Virus record (IMG/VR): IMGVR_UViG_3300017717_002521 | Span: 27,140-91,139 of that record | Direction: 5' to 3' (one strand) | DNA from: a virus | Length of the DNA: 64,000 nucleotides | Notes under the pieces: generated by a model | What the model saw: the letters and a program-made list of their open reading frames with translations, nothing else | What the model was told of the DNA's origin: nothing | The model's database searches: none | Made by a program: the position numbers and the translations under genes | Shown: piece by piece, positions 30,171-39,298 of the stretch | Layout of the letters: each line of letters begins with the position of its first letter | Numbering within the stretch: position 1 is the first letter of the stretch

Positions 30171-30879
30171 AAAAGTATTAGCTCTACTATTATTAGTAAG
30201 TAGCTATACCTCAGCTCAAGTTATTGGTAAGACAACCACAGAGGATTATCAAGCGGATTTCGAGAAAAGAACCTCAATTCTTTCGATCCCTGAATACAAT
30301 GGTGATCCTGTACCAGTTGCATTACTCAATATAGGTGTTACAGAAGATGTATTAACTCAATACCCAGAACTCAGAGATAATAGAGTAGGCTTAGGTCTAA
30401 CTAATATAACTGTAGCTTTCTTAGACGAAACATGGAGATTTGAGTTTGTAGAGACTAGAGATGCTATTAAAGACCGTATGGTAAAACAATACGAAGCATC
30501 TCAAAAAGGTTTTACAGCTAATCAGACAGATATCATGGGCAAGATTACTCTTGCTAAATACTTCATTTATGTAGAAGTGTATGACTATTCTGTATCTGAA
30601 GATGAAACGGTAAACTTAAAAGATGGAGTAAAAAATACTTTAGTAACTCGATTAGGTTTACAAATTAGAGCAGTAGATGCCGAATCAGGACTTTATATGA
30701 CAGGTTCTGGATTAGGTAAAGCTGTTACTACTAGAGAACTTACCTTATCAAACTCAGACAACTTAGACGAAGTAAAGTTTAACGGATCTTCAATTGGTGT
30801 AACTACTAGAAAGGCTTTAGAGACTGCTGTAGCTAAGATTGTCAAAAGAATGATACGAAAGGGTATATTTGATCATTAA
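30163..30879 (+). CDS. CsgG-like (curli assembly/transport family) protein
   Basis: signal TSA|Q; RFEFVE.R, LQIRAVDAESG, ALETAV. Confidence 0.7.
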   Translation: MGKKVLALLLLVSSYTSAQVIGKTTTEDYQADFEKRTSILSIPEYNGDPVPVALLNIGVTEDVLTQYPELRDNRVGLGLTNITVAFLDETWRFEFVETRDAIKDRMVKQYEASQKGFTANQTDIMGKITLAKYFIYVEVYDYSVSEDETVNLKDGVKNTLVTRLGLQIRAVDAESGLYMTGSGLGKAVTTRELTLSNSDNLDEVKFNGSSIGVTTRKALETAVAKIVKRMIRKGIFDH

Positions 30880-30886
30880 GTAGGTT

Positions 30887-32716
30887 ATGAAAAAGTTACT
30901 ACTAGTTTTATTTTTTACTGCGATGGGGATGTTCGAGGGTCATTCACAGGCCCTCGTTCAAACCTATGTTGATAGATGCACTGGGCAAGTAAGTGTCTTT
31001 AGTGTGCCTATGAACGGCAGTACTGTAGTAGCTTTTTACAATAGGTCTAGAGTATTTACTTCTCAAGATTTCCAAAATGGAACTCTTCAGGCTTGGTTGG
31101 AAGAGACCTATTTATGGTGGATAAGTCTTAGTCCTTGCTCCTCAACAACAACTGGAGCTCAAGCTACTCAACAGACTACTCAACAAACCACGCAACAGGC
31201 AACTCAGGCAGCTACTAATGCTGCCTCAACTGCTGCTGCTAATACGACAACTAATGTTCCATCTACCCCTGTTAGTCCTCCCCCAACTACTCAAACACCT
31301 CAACCTACTACTACAGCTCCAGATACTTCGAGTACGAATACTGCTGCTCAAAATACGACTGCTACCGGAGGAAATACTACTAGCCAAGGAAACAATACGT
31401 CAACATCCGCAGGATCTACAAACAGCCAAGGTAGTAACGAACCGAATACGAGCTCAAATAACTCTTCGTCTGGAACAGAAAATACAAGTACAGAAGCAAC
31501 TACTGAAGCTTCTTCAACCGAAACATCAAACACTGAATCAGGATCTTCAGGAAGTGAGGGATCTACAACTGAAGAATCAACAACAGAATCAACTCAAGAA
31601 AGCTCATCAGAGTCAACATCAGAAGAATCCTCTACTGAAGAAGTAAGTACTGAGGAAAGTTCTACTGAAGAGACTACTACCGAAGAATCAACTGAAGAAA
31701 CTTCTACCGAAGAATCTACAGAAGAATCTAGTTCAGAAGAAAGTACTGAAGAAAGTACTGAAGAAAGCTCTGAAGAAACTACTGAAGAAACTACCGAAGA
31801 AGAGTCTACAGAAGAATCAACTGAGGAGGAGTCTACAGAAGAAGAAACTGAAACAGAAGAAGCAGATGAAGAATCAAGTGAAGAAGAATCTGACGAGAGC
31901 TCAGAGGAGGAATCAGAAGAAGAGGATACTGAAGAAGAATCAGAATCCGATGAAGAGGAAGAAACTGAAGAAGAAGAGTCAGAAGAGGAAAGCAGCAACG
32001 AGGATGAAGAGGAAGACGATAAGAAGAAAAAGAAAAAGCGAAACCTTGCTCCTCCTATCGTTACAGCCAATGTACTATCTCAAGAAATGCCTACAGGAGG
32101 ATTCTCTCAGGCAGCAATGTTTGGTGTAAGTCAATCTTCCTTAATGGGGACTGAAACTTATGGACTTAATGTTATGGTATATGATAACTTAAAGCAGTTT
32201 ATGTTAAATGCTAACTACTCAAAAGTTCATATAAACAAAGAAGGAAGAGTGAGTAGAGTATATTCAGCATCATTAGGAGCTATGAAAATGTTTACTACCT
32301 ATATGGGTATGATGAATCATAGCTGGACTTTCTTAGGACAAAAAGGATCAGTAGCAGGTATAGCAGTAGGTTCTAGTGTTACTATGTTAGATATTGATTC
32401 AATTAAAGGACAGTTGTATTTAGATACTATTCTATTAGGTTTTTCTTTAACTAGTTTTTATACTAAACCTTTACAGTATAGTCCTAAGCTTACTATAAGT
32501 CCTATGGTAGCAGTATCTTCTCCTTTTGTTCAATATGAAATGTTTACCAAAGAATCTATATGGAATAAGGACTTAATGGTAATAGCAGGAGCATCTTTTA
32601 GTTACAAACTTACTCAAAGGTTTGGTATTAACGTTGGAGCTAATATAATAGAATCTACAGCTCCTAATTTTCCTACTATGAAAACATTTACGATTGGCGG
32701 TAGATTAAGTTTCTGA
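30887..32716 (+). CDS. exported protein with Thr/Ser/Glu-rich stalk and C-terminal beta-barrel-like domain
   Basis: GHS|Q signal; long STEE repeats; amphipathic strands ending GGRLSF. Confidence 0.7.
   Translation: MKKLLLVLFFTAMGMFEGHSQALVQTYVDRCTGQVSVFSVPMNGSTVVAFYNRSRVFTSQDFQNGTLQAWLEETYLWWISLSPCSSTTTGAQATQQTTQQTTQQATQAATNAASTAAANTTTNVPSTPVSPPPTTQTPQPTTTAPDTSSTNTAAQNTTATGGNTTSQGNNTSTSAGSTNSQGSNEPNTSSNNSSSGTENTSTEATTEASSTETSNTESGSSGSEGSTTEESTTESTQESSSESTSEESSTEEVSTEESSTEETTTEESTEETSTEESTEESSSEESTEESTEESSEETTEETTEEESTEESTEEESTEEETETEEADEESSEEESDESSEEESEEEDTEEESESDEEEETEEEESEEESSNEDEEEDDKKKKKKRNLAPPIVTANVLSQEMPTGGFSQAAMFGVSQSSLMGTETYGLNVMVYDNLKQFMLNANYSKVHINKEGRVSRVYSASLGAMKMFTTYMGMMNHSWTFLGQKGSVAGIAVGSSVTMLDIDSIKGQLYLDTILLGFSLTSFYTKPLQYSPKLTISPMVAVSSPFVQYEMFTKESIWNKDLMVIAGASFSYKLTQRFGINVGANIIESTAPNFPTMKTFTIGGRLSF
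31555..32020 (+). repeat. low-complexity (S/T)(S/T)EE coding repeats
   Basis: repeated ACTGAAGAA/TCAGAAGAA-type units. Confidence 0.85.
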
Positions 32717-32724
32717 CTATTTAT
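32717..32724 (+). promoter_or_regulatory. class 2 (CTATTTAT) motif before the lysis cassette
   Basis: same 8-mer at 22086, 26100, 36838, 51505, 54318, 59617, all intergenic. Confidence 0.55.
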
Positions 32725-32743
32725 ATGAATATAACTACTTATT

Positions 32744-33070
32744 ATGGCAATAGAAGATCGTAAACTACAAAAACAAAAAAATACTAGCAGAAATAGATTT
32801 GTAATCACTTCTGTAGTATTATTAACTTTTCTACTAATAATGTTAGGCATAGGTTCAGCTATCTTAAAAGGAGGTGAACAACCAAACATTAATCAAGAGT
32901 GGAAAGAAATATTATTATTAGTACTAGGAGCATTTTTAGGTTCTTATTCTCGTATTATTGATTTCTGGTTTAACGGAAACGATATGAATATGGATGGAGT
33001 ACCAGATGCAGCACCAGCTGAACCGTGTGACTGTGACGAACCAGATGACGAACTAGATAACTTATACTAA
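32744..33070 (+). CDS. holin-like two-TM protein
   Basis: two TMs, IIDFWF; precedes the amidase. Confidence 0.55.
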   Translation: MAIEDRKLQKQKNTSRNRFVITSVVLLTFLLIMLGIGSAILKGGEQPNINQEWKEILLLVLGAFLGSYSRIIDFWFNGNDMNMDGVPDAAPAEPCDCDEPDDELDNLY

Positions 33071-33071
33071 T

Positions 33072-33563
33072 ATGCCTATCAGACCAAAAGGAATAATAGT
33101 ACACTCTATGAGTGAGTACTTAATGTGGAAAGGTAAGAAGCTATATGCTAAAGACTTTCTTAAAGAGTTAGGATTGAGTGTACATGGGTTTATTAAACCT
33201 GACGGTACATACGATAAAATGATCTCATCTCCAGGAAAAGCATTTCATGCAGGAAAATCTCTTCATGAAGGTGTATCTGGATTAAATTCTCACTATCTTG
33301 GTATAGAGTTATTAGTACCAGGAGTAAATGACTACGGATCTTTTAGTAAGAAAATCAATCAAAAAGGAACTTACTCTAAAGCTCAGTTTGATACAACAGT
33401 AGAGGTATTTAAGTATTGGATGAAACAGTATAACATACCTGTATCTAAAGTAGTTAGACATTCTGATTGCTCTGGTGATCATGTTAGGGGTAAAGGCAAA
33501 GGTAAAACTGATCCTGGCAGTGCTTTTAACTGGAAAGCTTTTCAACTAGCTTTAGTTGCGTAA
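33072..33563 (+). CDS. N-acetylmuramoyl-L-alanine amidase (endolysin)
   Basis: IIVHS, AFHAG, GIEL, RHSD, KTDPG (Amidase_2). Confidence 0.88.
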   Translation: MPIRPKGIIVHSMSEYLMWKGKKLYAKDFLKELGLSVHGFIKPDGTYDKMISSPGKAFHAGKSLHEGVSGLNSHYLGIELLVPGVNDYGSFSKKINQKGTYSKAQFDTTVEVFKYWMKQYNIPVSKVVRHSDCSGDHVRGKGKGKTDPGSAFNWKAFQLALVA

Positions 33564-33590
33564 TAAATATTAAATTACTATATTAGTTAG

Positions 33591-33944
33591 ATGAAACAAT
33601 TTATCCCATATATAATAATAATAATACTTATATCAGTAATATATTGGGTATTTATAACACCTTCTATTAAGACTGATGTAGGAAAATACGAAGATCTTAT
33701 AGATCAATTAGAAAAGAAAGTAGATTCGTTACATACTAAAAATAACTTTTTAATTGACGAAGCTGACTCCTTACAGACGAGAATAGAAGAATATGACCAA
33801 AAAATAGTAAAATTAAATTCTAGAATATATGTTATTAAAAAGCAGACTCAAAAACAGCTTGATGCTGTTGACCTTTTCGGTGATGATGAGTTGGAACAGT
33901 TTTTCGCAGACCGCTACAGACAGTACGCAGATTCAATTAATTAA
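33591..33944 (+). CDS. TM plus coiled-coil protein, i-spanin-like
   Basis: N-terminal TM, coiled coil, follows the endolysin. Confidence 0.55.
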   Translation: MKQFIPYIIIIILISVIYWVFITPSIKTDVGKYEDLIDQLEKKVDSLHTKNNFLIDEADSLQTRIEEYDQKIVKLNSRIYVIKKQTQKQLDAVDLFGDDELEQFFADRYRQYADSIN

Positions 33945-34257
33945 ACCTATAGCTAGGTTAGTTATAAAAGATCTAATACAGTTTGATGGTTTATCTAAAG
34001 AGATGCAAACCATGCAGACAATCTTAACTGAGACTAATAACAAACTTCTCACTCAAGGTACGTTAGTTACAAACTTAAAAACTCAGGTAGAAAACTACCA
34101 GAAAATTATTGATAAACAGGAAACTCAATTAGATACATCTGAAGAACTATCAGATCAGTTGCAGAAAGAGCTTAAAAGACAAGCTAGGACTCAAAAACTT
34201 TATAAAGTAGGTTCTATTGTTGGTGCAGCAGCACTAGGTTTATTAATTGTAAAATGA
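33829..34257 (+). CDS. exported coiled-coil protein overlapping the previous gene (spanin-partner-like)
   Basis: SFS|Q signal, C-terminal hydrophobic helix, 116-nt overlap. Confidence 0.5.
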   Translation: MLLKSRLKNSLMLLTFSVMMSWNSFSQTATDSTQIQLIKPIARLVIKDLIQFDGLSKEMQTMQTILTETNNKLLTQGTLVTNLKTQVENYQKIIDKQETQLDTSEELSDQLQKELKRQARTQKLYKVGSIVGAAALGLLIVK

Positions 34258-35357
34258 TCAATAGAATAAAAAGAAATCTATTTCCGTTTATTATTGCACT
34301 CTCTGCATTATCAGTTAGTGCATCAGCTGCTTTCTATTCAGTAAGCGGGCTATCCAAACTGTTTGCTGGAGCTAGCTTTGAAGTTATAATAATGGCTGGT
34401 TCATTAGAGGTAGCTAAATTAGTTATAGCTTCTCTTCTTTATCAATACTGGGATACTATTAATAAGCTTCTCAGAGCGTATCTCTCTATTGCTGCCGTAG
34501 TATTAGTATTGATTACTAGTATGGGTATATACGGATTTTTAAGTGCAGCATATCAAGATACTTATAGACAGTTAACAGTAAAGAATAATCAAGTAGCATT
34601 TCTAGAACAAAAGACAGATTTTTATGGAAAGGATGTGGCAAGGTATGATGAGGAACTTGAAAGAATCTCTAATAACATTTCTACTCTATCTGGTGCGAAA
34701 GCGACCTCGATTCAAGTACGAGACACGACATCATCTACAGGCTTTAGATCAACAGTTAGTACTGCCGAACTTAGATTATCCCAAAGTCGTATTAATGTTG
34801 AAGAAGAAAATAGAGCATCTATTCAAGCAAAAAGAGAGCAAGTAGCTGATAGCCTTCAGAAATATCAGTTAGCTATATTAGATTTAGAAAACAATACAGA
34901 TGTGGCAGGAGAGTTAGGGCCATTAGAGTATCTATCAGGCTTAACTGGAACTCCAATGGATAAGATAATAAATATTCTTTTATTAGTAATCATATTTGTA
35001 TTTGATCCTTTAGCTATTTCATTAGTAGTCGCTGCAAACTTTGCTTTTGATCAGGCTAATAAGAAAAACTTGTACGGTGAAGTAGTATCTAAAAAAGATA
35101 TTTTCGATGAACTTGATGAAGAAGATTATCCTCCTATATTTACTCCTCCTGTTACAGGCTCAGTTCCTGATGGAAAGGAATTCAACGTTGAGTATGATAT
35201 AGTAGAACCAGAAGAAGACTGGAAGGTTGTAGATAGTGAAATTGATCCCAAACCAGTTAAGATAATTCAAAAAGGTCCATCAAGACATAGAGTCTTATTT
35301 GATGATGGACAGCAAAGAAGAGTAGATAAAGACGACAATATTATAAAATATTTGTAG
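34254..35357 (+). CDS. multi-TM coiled-coil membrane protein
   Basis: three N-terminal TMs (LEVAKLV, GIYGFLS), coiled coil, IFVFDPLA. Confidence 0.7.
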   Translation: MINRIKRNLFPFIIALSALSVSASAAFYSVSGLSKLFAGASFEVIIMAGSLEVAKLVIASLLYQYWDTINKLLRAYLSIAAVVLVLITSMGIYGFLSAAYQDTYRQLTVKNNQVAFLEQKTDFYGKDVARYDEELERISNNISTLSGAKATSIQVRDTTSSTGFRSTVSTAELRLSQSRINVEEENRASIQAKREQVADSLQKYQLAILDLENNTDVAGELGPLEYLSGLTGTPMDKIINILLLVIIFVFDPLAISLVVAANFAFDQANKKNLYGEVVSKKDIFDELDEEDYPPIFTPPVTGSVPDGKEFNVEYDIVEPEEDWKVVDSEIDPKPVKIIQKGPSRHRVLFDDGQQRRVDKDDNIIKYL

Positions 35358-35385
35358 GTAATCTCAGATATTTTTCGTATCTTTA
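35355..35385 (+). promoter_or_regulatory. class 1 promoter
   Basis: TAG-N20-TATCTTTA. Confidence 0.6.
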
Positions 35386-35402
35386 TTTAAATAAGTTATG
35401 CT

Positions 35403-35738
35403 ATGAGTGCTAAAGAAATACTTAAAAAAGAATACCCTACAATATATAACGCCTACAAAGAGATAGTAGATGAACAGTTAGAACTGTTTGCAAAGAAGCA
35501 TCTTGACTACGGTATGGGTAATGTAGCAGCTGGTACACAATTAGTAAATGAGGAAGAGAAAGAATTTGCTATGACAGGGTTATGGTATAGGTTATCAGAT
35601 AAGATTAATAGGTGGAAAAATATTATACTTACTGGCCGAAAAACTCAAAACGAAACTCTCATTGATACTTTTCAAGATATTACTAATTATGGTATTATTA
35701 GTCAAATAGTATATAAAGATAAATGGAAAGACAATTGA
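35403..35738 (+). CDS. DUF1599-like nucleotide-modification-associated alpha-helical protein
   Basis: KHLDYG, RLSDKINR, ETLIDTFQDITNYGII. Confidence 0.75.
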   Translation: MSAKEILKKEYPTIYNAYKEIVDEQLELFAKKHLDYGMGNVAAGTQLVNEEEKEFAMTGLWYRLSDKINRWKNIILTGRKTQNETLIDTFQDITNYGIISQIVYKDKWKDN

Positions 35739-35739
35739 T

Positions 35740-35937
35740 GTGGGCAGAAAAATCATCATGTGCAGCCAATGCAATGAGGAGTTTGAAAACGGTTATGATT
35801 ACCGCATGCACTGGGAGAAAAAACACTTTTATCCTTATATAGGACCAGCATCATTTGATTACGAAAGAGCAAAAAAAGACTTAAAAAGAGATTATGCCAA
35901 AGAAGATTTACCCAGAAGGTCAGAAGAAAAAAACTAA
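35740..35937 (+). CDS. C2H2 zinc-finger small protein
   Basis: CSQC...HWEKKH. Confidence 0.55.
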   Translation: MGRKIIMCSQCNEEFENGYDYRMHWEKKHFYPYIGPASFDYERAKKDLKRDYAKEDLPRRSEEKN

Positions 35938-36829
35938 TCCTTTAGTAAAGAATGTCTGGGAGAGTAAGATCAAACAATCTCCTAAGAATAATAAACATAT
36001 TTCATATAGCTCTATCAGTACATTTAATAAATGTCCTAAGTTATGGGAGATGCAATACTTAAGAGGTCTAGTTCCTTTTAAGCAGAATATCTATACTTGC
36101 TTTGGTACTGCTATGCATGAGACTATGCAAACTTGGTTGGAAGTTATGTATCATGATAAAGTTAAAAATGCTAATGAACTTGATAAGCACAAATTATTAT
36201 ATGTAAATATGATTAAAGCTTATAAGCAAGGTAAAGCTCAAAATGGTCATAAGCATTTTTCTACTCAAGATGAACTTACTAAGTTTTGGATCGAAGGTAA
36301 ACATATTTTAGACTTTTTGGAAAAGAAAAGAGGAGGTTACTTTAGTACTAAGTCTATGCAATTGGCTGGTATAGAGACGCTCTTATACCAAGAGATACGA
36401 CCTGGCGTTATGTTTAAAGGACTTGTTGATTTAGTATTTTATCATCCTAATACTGATAGATGGACTATAATGGACATAAAGACTTCCACTTCAGGTTGGA
36501 GAGATAATCAAAAAAAGAATCCTAACTTAACTGCTCAGGTTATACTGTATAGAGAGTTTTTTGCAAAGCAATTTAATATTGATAAAGATAAAATAGATGT
36601 AGAGTTTTTTATTGTTAAGAGAAGAGTACCAGCTGATGCTGAATTTGCTTCTATGCAAAAAAGAGTTCAGCAGTTTAGCCCATCATCAGGACCTAGAAAA
36701 ACTAAACAAGTTATGGAGTCTATGAACAGTATGATATCTGAGGTTTTAGATGAAGATGGAAACTATTTAGATAAAGATTATAAATGCTCTAATCCTTTTG
36801 GAAAATGTCAATACTGTTCTAGTTTTTAA
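35894..36829 (+). CDS. PD-(D/E)XK exonuclease (RecB/Cas4-like)
   Basis: SYSS...CP, GTAMHE, GLVDL, DIKTS, C-terminal Cys cluster. Confidence 0.85.
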   Translation: MPKKIYPEGQKKKTNPLVKNVWESKIKQSPKNNKHISYSSISTFNKCPKLWEMQYLRGLVPFKQNIYTCFGTAMHETMQTWLEVMYHDKVKNANELDKHKLLYVNMIKAYKQGKAQNGHKHFSTQDELTKFWIEGKHILDFLEKKRGGYFSTKSMQLAGIETLLYQEIRPGVMFKGLVDLVFYHPNTDRWTIMDIKTSTSGWRDNQKKNPNLTAQVILYREFFAKQFNIDKDKIDVEFFIVKRRVPADAEFASMQKRVQQFSPSSGPRKTKQVMESMNSMISEVLDEDGNYLDKDYKCSNPFGKCQYCSSF

Positions 36830-36871
36830 ATTAAAGCCTATTTATATATAAATATATAAGTATATATAGTT

Positions 36872-37063
36872 ATGATAGTAAAACATGAAAAGCTTACTTC
36901 GGTTAAAATTACTCAACCTCTTTTCGATAAATTTAAAATGGCAGCTTTAGAAGATAATTTTTCTTTTAAAAAACTTGCTGATCGTGCCATTTTTCTTTAT
37001 CTTACAGATATAGAGTTTAGAAAAAGAATCCATAACCAAAGTAATATTAAGATTAGAAAATGA
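36872..37063 (+). CDS. ribbon-helix-helix-like small protein
   Basis: LTSVKI strand then two helices; heads the glycosylation operon after CTATTTAT at 36838. Confidence 0.55.
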   Translation: MIVKHEKLTSVKITQPLFDKFKMAALEDNFSFKKLADRAIFLYLTDIEFRKRIHNQSNIKIRK

Positions 37064-38499
37064 GTAAATTAAAAGGTTATATCAAAAAGGAAAATAGAAA
37101 AAGAATCTTATTCCTTTGCGACGATATTAGAGTTCATTCAGGCATAGCTACTATGGCAAGAGAAATAGTATGCAATTCTGCTCATCACTTCAACTGGTTT
37201 AATTTAGGAGCTGCTATTCAACATCCTGATTTAGGTAAATTAATAGACATATCAGATGATATGAATAAAAGGTTAGATATTACCGATGCAGAGGTTAGAA
37301 TACTACCTAATAATGGTTACGGTGATACTACTATAGTTCGTAGAATATTAAAAGAACAAGATATCGATGCAATATTAATTTTTACTGATCCTCGTTATTG
37401 GGTGTGGTTATTCGAAATAGAAAGAGAAATTAGAAGTAAAGTTCCTATTATTTGGTATAATATATGGGACGATTATCCTGCTCCTTTATACAATAAAGAT
37501 TACTACAGATCAGTAGATACTTTGCTAGCTATATCTAAAGTAACAGAGAACATAAATAAGTTAGTTTTAAATGAATATGCTGATGATAAACTTATTAAGT
37601 ATGTTCCTCATGGTATAGATGAAAAAGTATTTTATCCTATTAATTCTGAAGATAAAAACTTTAAGCAATTTAGAAAAGATACTCTTAAAGGTAACGATTA
37701 CGAATTCGTAGCTTTTTTTAATTCAAGAAATATAAGTAGAAAACATCCTCATGATTTAGTATTAGGATATAGATTATTTTGTGATAAGATTGGGAAAGAA
37801 AAAGCTAAAAACTGTGGTTTAATAATGCACACCTCAGTTGTAGACCAACACGGTACTGATTTAAAAGCTCTTAAAGAGGCTTTGTGTGATCCTTCTTATG
37901 TTAATTTATTATTTTCTAGTTCTAAATTATCTGCTGCTCAACTAAACTGCTTGTATAATATTGCTGACGTAACAGTTCTTCCTTCATCTAACGAAGGATG
38001 GGGGTTATCACTTACTGAGTCAATGTTAGCAGGTACTATGATAGCAGCTAACGTTACAGGGGGTATGCAAGATCAGATGAGATTTAAAAACGATAAAGGA
38101 GAATGGATAGATTTCGATGCAGATTTTCCTTCTAATCATAAAGGTACATATAAAAAATGTGGGGAGTGGGCGATACCTATTTTTCCTTCTAATATAAGTT
38201 TACAAGGTTCTCCTAAGACTCCTTATATTTTTGACGATAGATGTACTCCAGAAGACATAGCAGAAGCTCTTTTTAAAAGCTATAGTATGAAACCATCAGA
38301 TAGAAAACAAAAAGGTTTAAAAGGTAGAGAATGGGCTTTATCTAAAGAAGCTGGTTTTACTTCATCTAAAATGACTCAAGGTATAGTAGATGGAATAAAC
38401 GAAACGATAGATAACTTTAATCCTAGATCTCCTTTTGATCTTATAGAAGCAACTGAAACTAAACCTAGGTACGTAGAGCATAAATTAACAGATTATTAA
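37060..38499 (+). CDS. GT4-like glycosyltransferase
   Basis: VPHGID, RNISRK, SSNEGWGLSLTE. Confidence 0.88.
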   Translation: MSKLKGYIKKENRKRILFLCDDIRVHSGIATMAREIVCNSAHHFNWFNLGAAIQHPDLGKLIDISDDMNKRLDITDAEVRILPNNGYGDTTIVRRILKEQDIDAILIFTDPRYWVWLFEIEREIRSKVPIIWYNIWDDYPAPLYNKDYYRSVDTLLAISKVTENINKLVLNEYADDKLIKYVPHGIDEKVFYPINSEDKNFKQFRKDTLKGNDYEFVAFFNSRNISRKHPHDLVLGYRLFCDKIGKEKAKNCGLIMHTSVVDQHGTDLKALKEALCDPSYVNLLFSSSKLSAAQLNCLYNIADVTVLPSSNEGWGLSLTESMLAGTMIAANVTGGMQDQMRFKNDKGEWIDFDADFPSNHKGTYKKCGEWAIPIFPSNISLQGSPKTPYIFDDRCTPEDIAEALFKSYSMKPSDRKQKGLKGREWALSKEAGFTSSKMTQGIVDGINETIDNFNPRSPFDLIEATETKPRYVEHKLTDY

Positions 38500-38500
38500 A

Positions 38501-39298
38501 ATGAATTTAGTTTTTAACGGTTGTAGCTTTGTTAAAGGTAATGCTCTCAGGACGCATCACGATACTGGAGGACATGAAAATCTTTCTTGGGAAGAAAAAG
38601 AGCCATTTAACTTTACTACTTTATTATCTAATAAGTTAAATGGTAAACAAATTAATATTGCATCTGCAGGAGGATCAAATGATAGAATAATAAGATCAAC
38701 GTATGAATGGATTAAGCAAAATCCTAATGAAGTTAAAGATAGTATATTTGTTATAGGTTTAACTGAAATATTAAGAAGCGAAAAGTTTTGTGCTAATACA
38801 AAAACTTATGTAAAATGGAGGTATACTACTTTTGCTAATAATGCTAGAAATTTTAAGAAAGAAGCATTAATGTTATTAGATACTAAATTTTATGAGTTTG
38901 TTAAGAAAAATTATTTAGAAGAAAAGGTATTAGAGTATGCTAAAATGGATCTACTTTTATTCTCTGATTTTGAAAATGAGTATAAAAAACTTAATCAACA
39001 GTTAGATATGCTTCAAGGTTATATAGATAATTTAGGAGGTAAACTATTAGTTTTTGCAGCTATGTTAGAACTTGAAAATACTTACTACAATAGAAATGAA
39101 GACTTTGCTACTGAAGGAGCATCTTTAGATACTTCTAACTTTAATTTTCTTACGTTTCCCGAACAAGGTTCTAATTGTTGGAGATCATATATTAAAAGTT
39201 ATAATGCTAATTATCATGCTTATGATCACCCTGCAATAGATGATCAACCTGTATTAGTTGATATACTATTAAATTATATAAATAAAAATTTTAAATGA
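38501..39298 (+). CDS. SGNH-like hypothetical
   Basis: NGCSF, NIA..GGSNDRIIR, DHP. Confidence 0.6.
   Translation: MNLVFNGCSFVKGNALRTHHDTGGHENLSWEEKEPFNFTTLLSNKLNGKQINIASAGGSNDRIIRSTYEWIKQNPNEVKDSIFVIGLTEILRSEKFCANTKTYVKWRYTTFANNARNFKKEALMLLDTKFYEFVKKNYLEEKVLEYAKMDLLLFSDFENEYKKLNQQLDMLQGYIDNLGGKLLVFAAMLELENTYYNRNEDFATEGASLDTSNFNFLTFPEQGSNCWRSYIKSYNANYHAYDHPAIDDQPVLVDILLNYINKNFK

Noticed and set aside
31555-32020. CRISPR array or non-coding tandem repeat
   Set aside because: Degenerate in-frame codon repeats, with no fixed repeat-spacer structure
35894-36829. CRISPR-associated Cas4
   Set aside because: No array or other cas genes; stand-alone phage exonucleases of this fold are common
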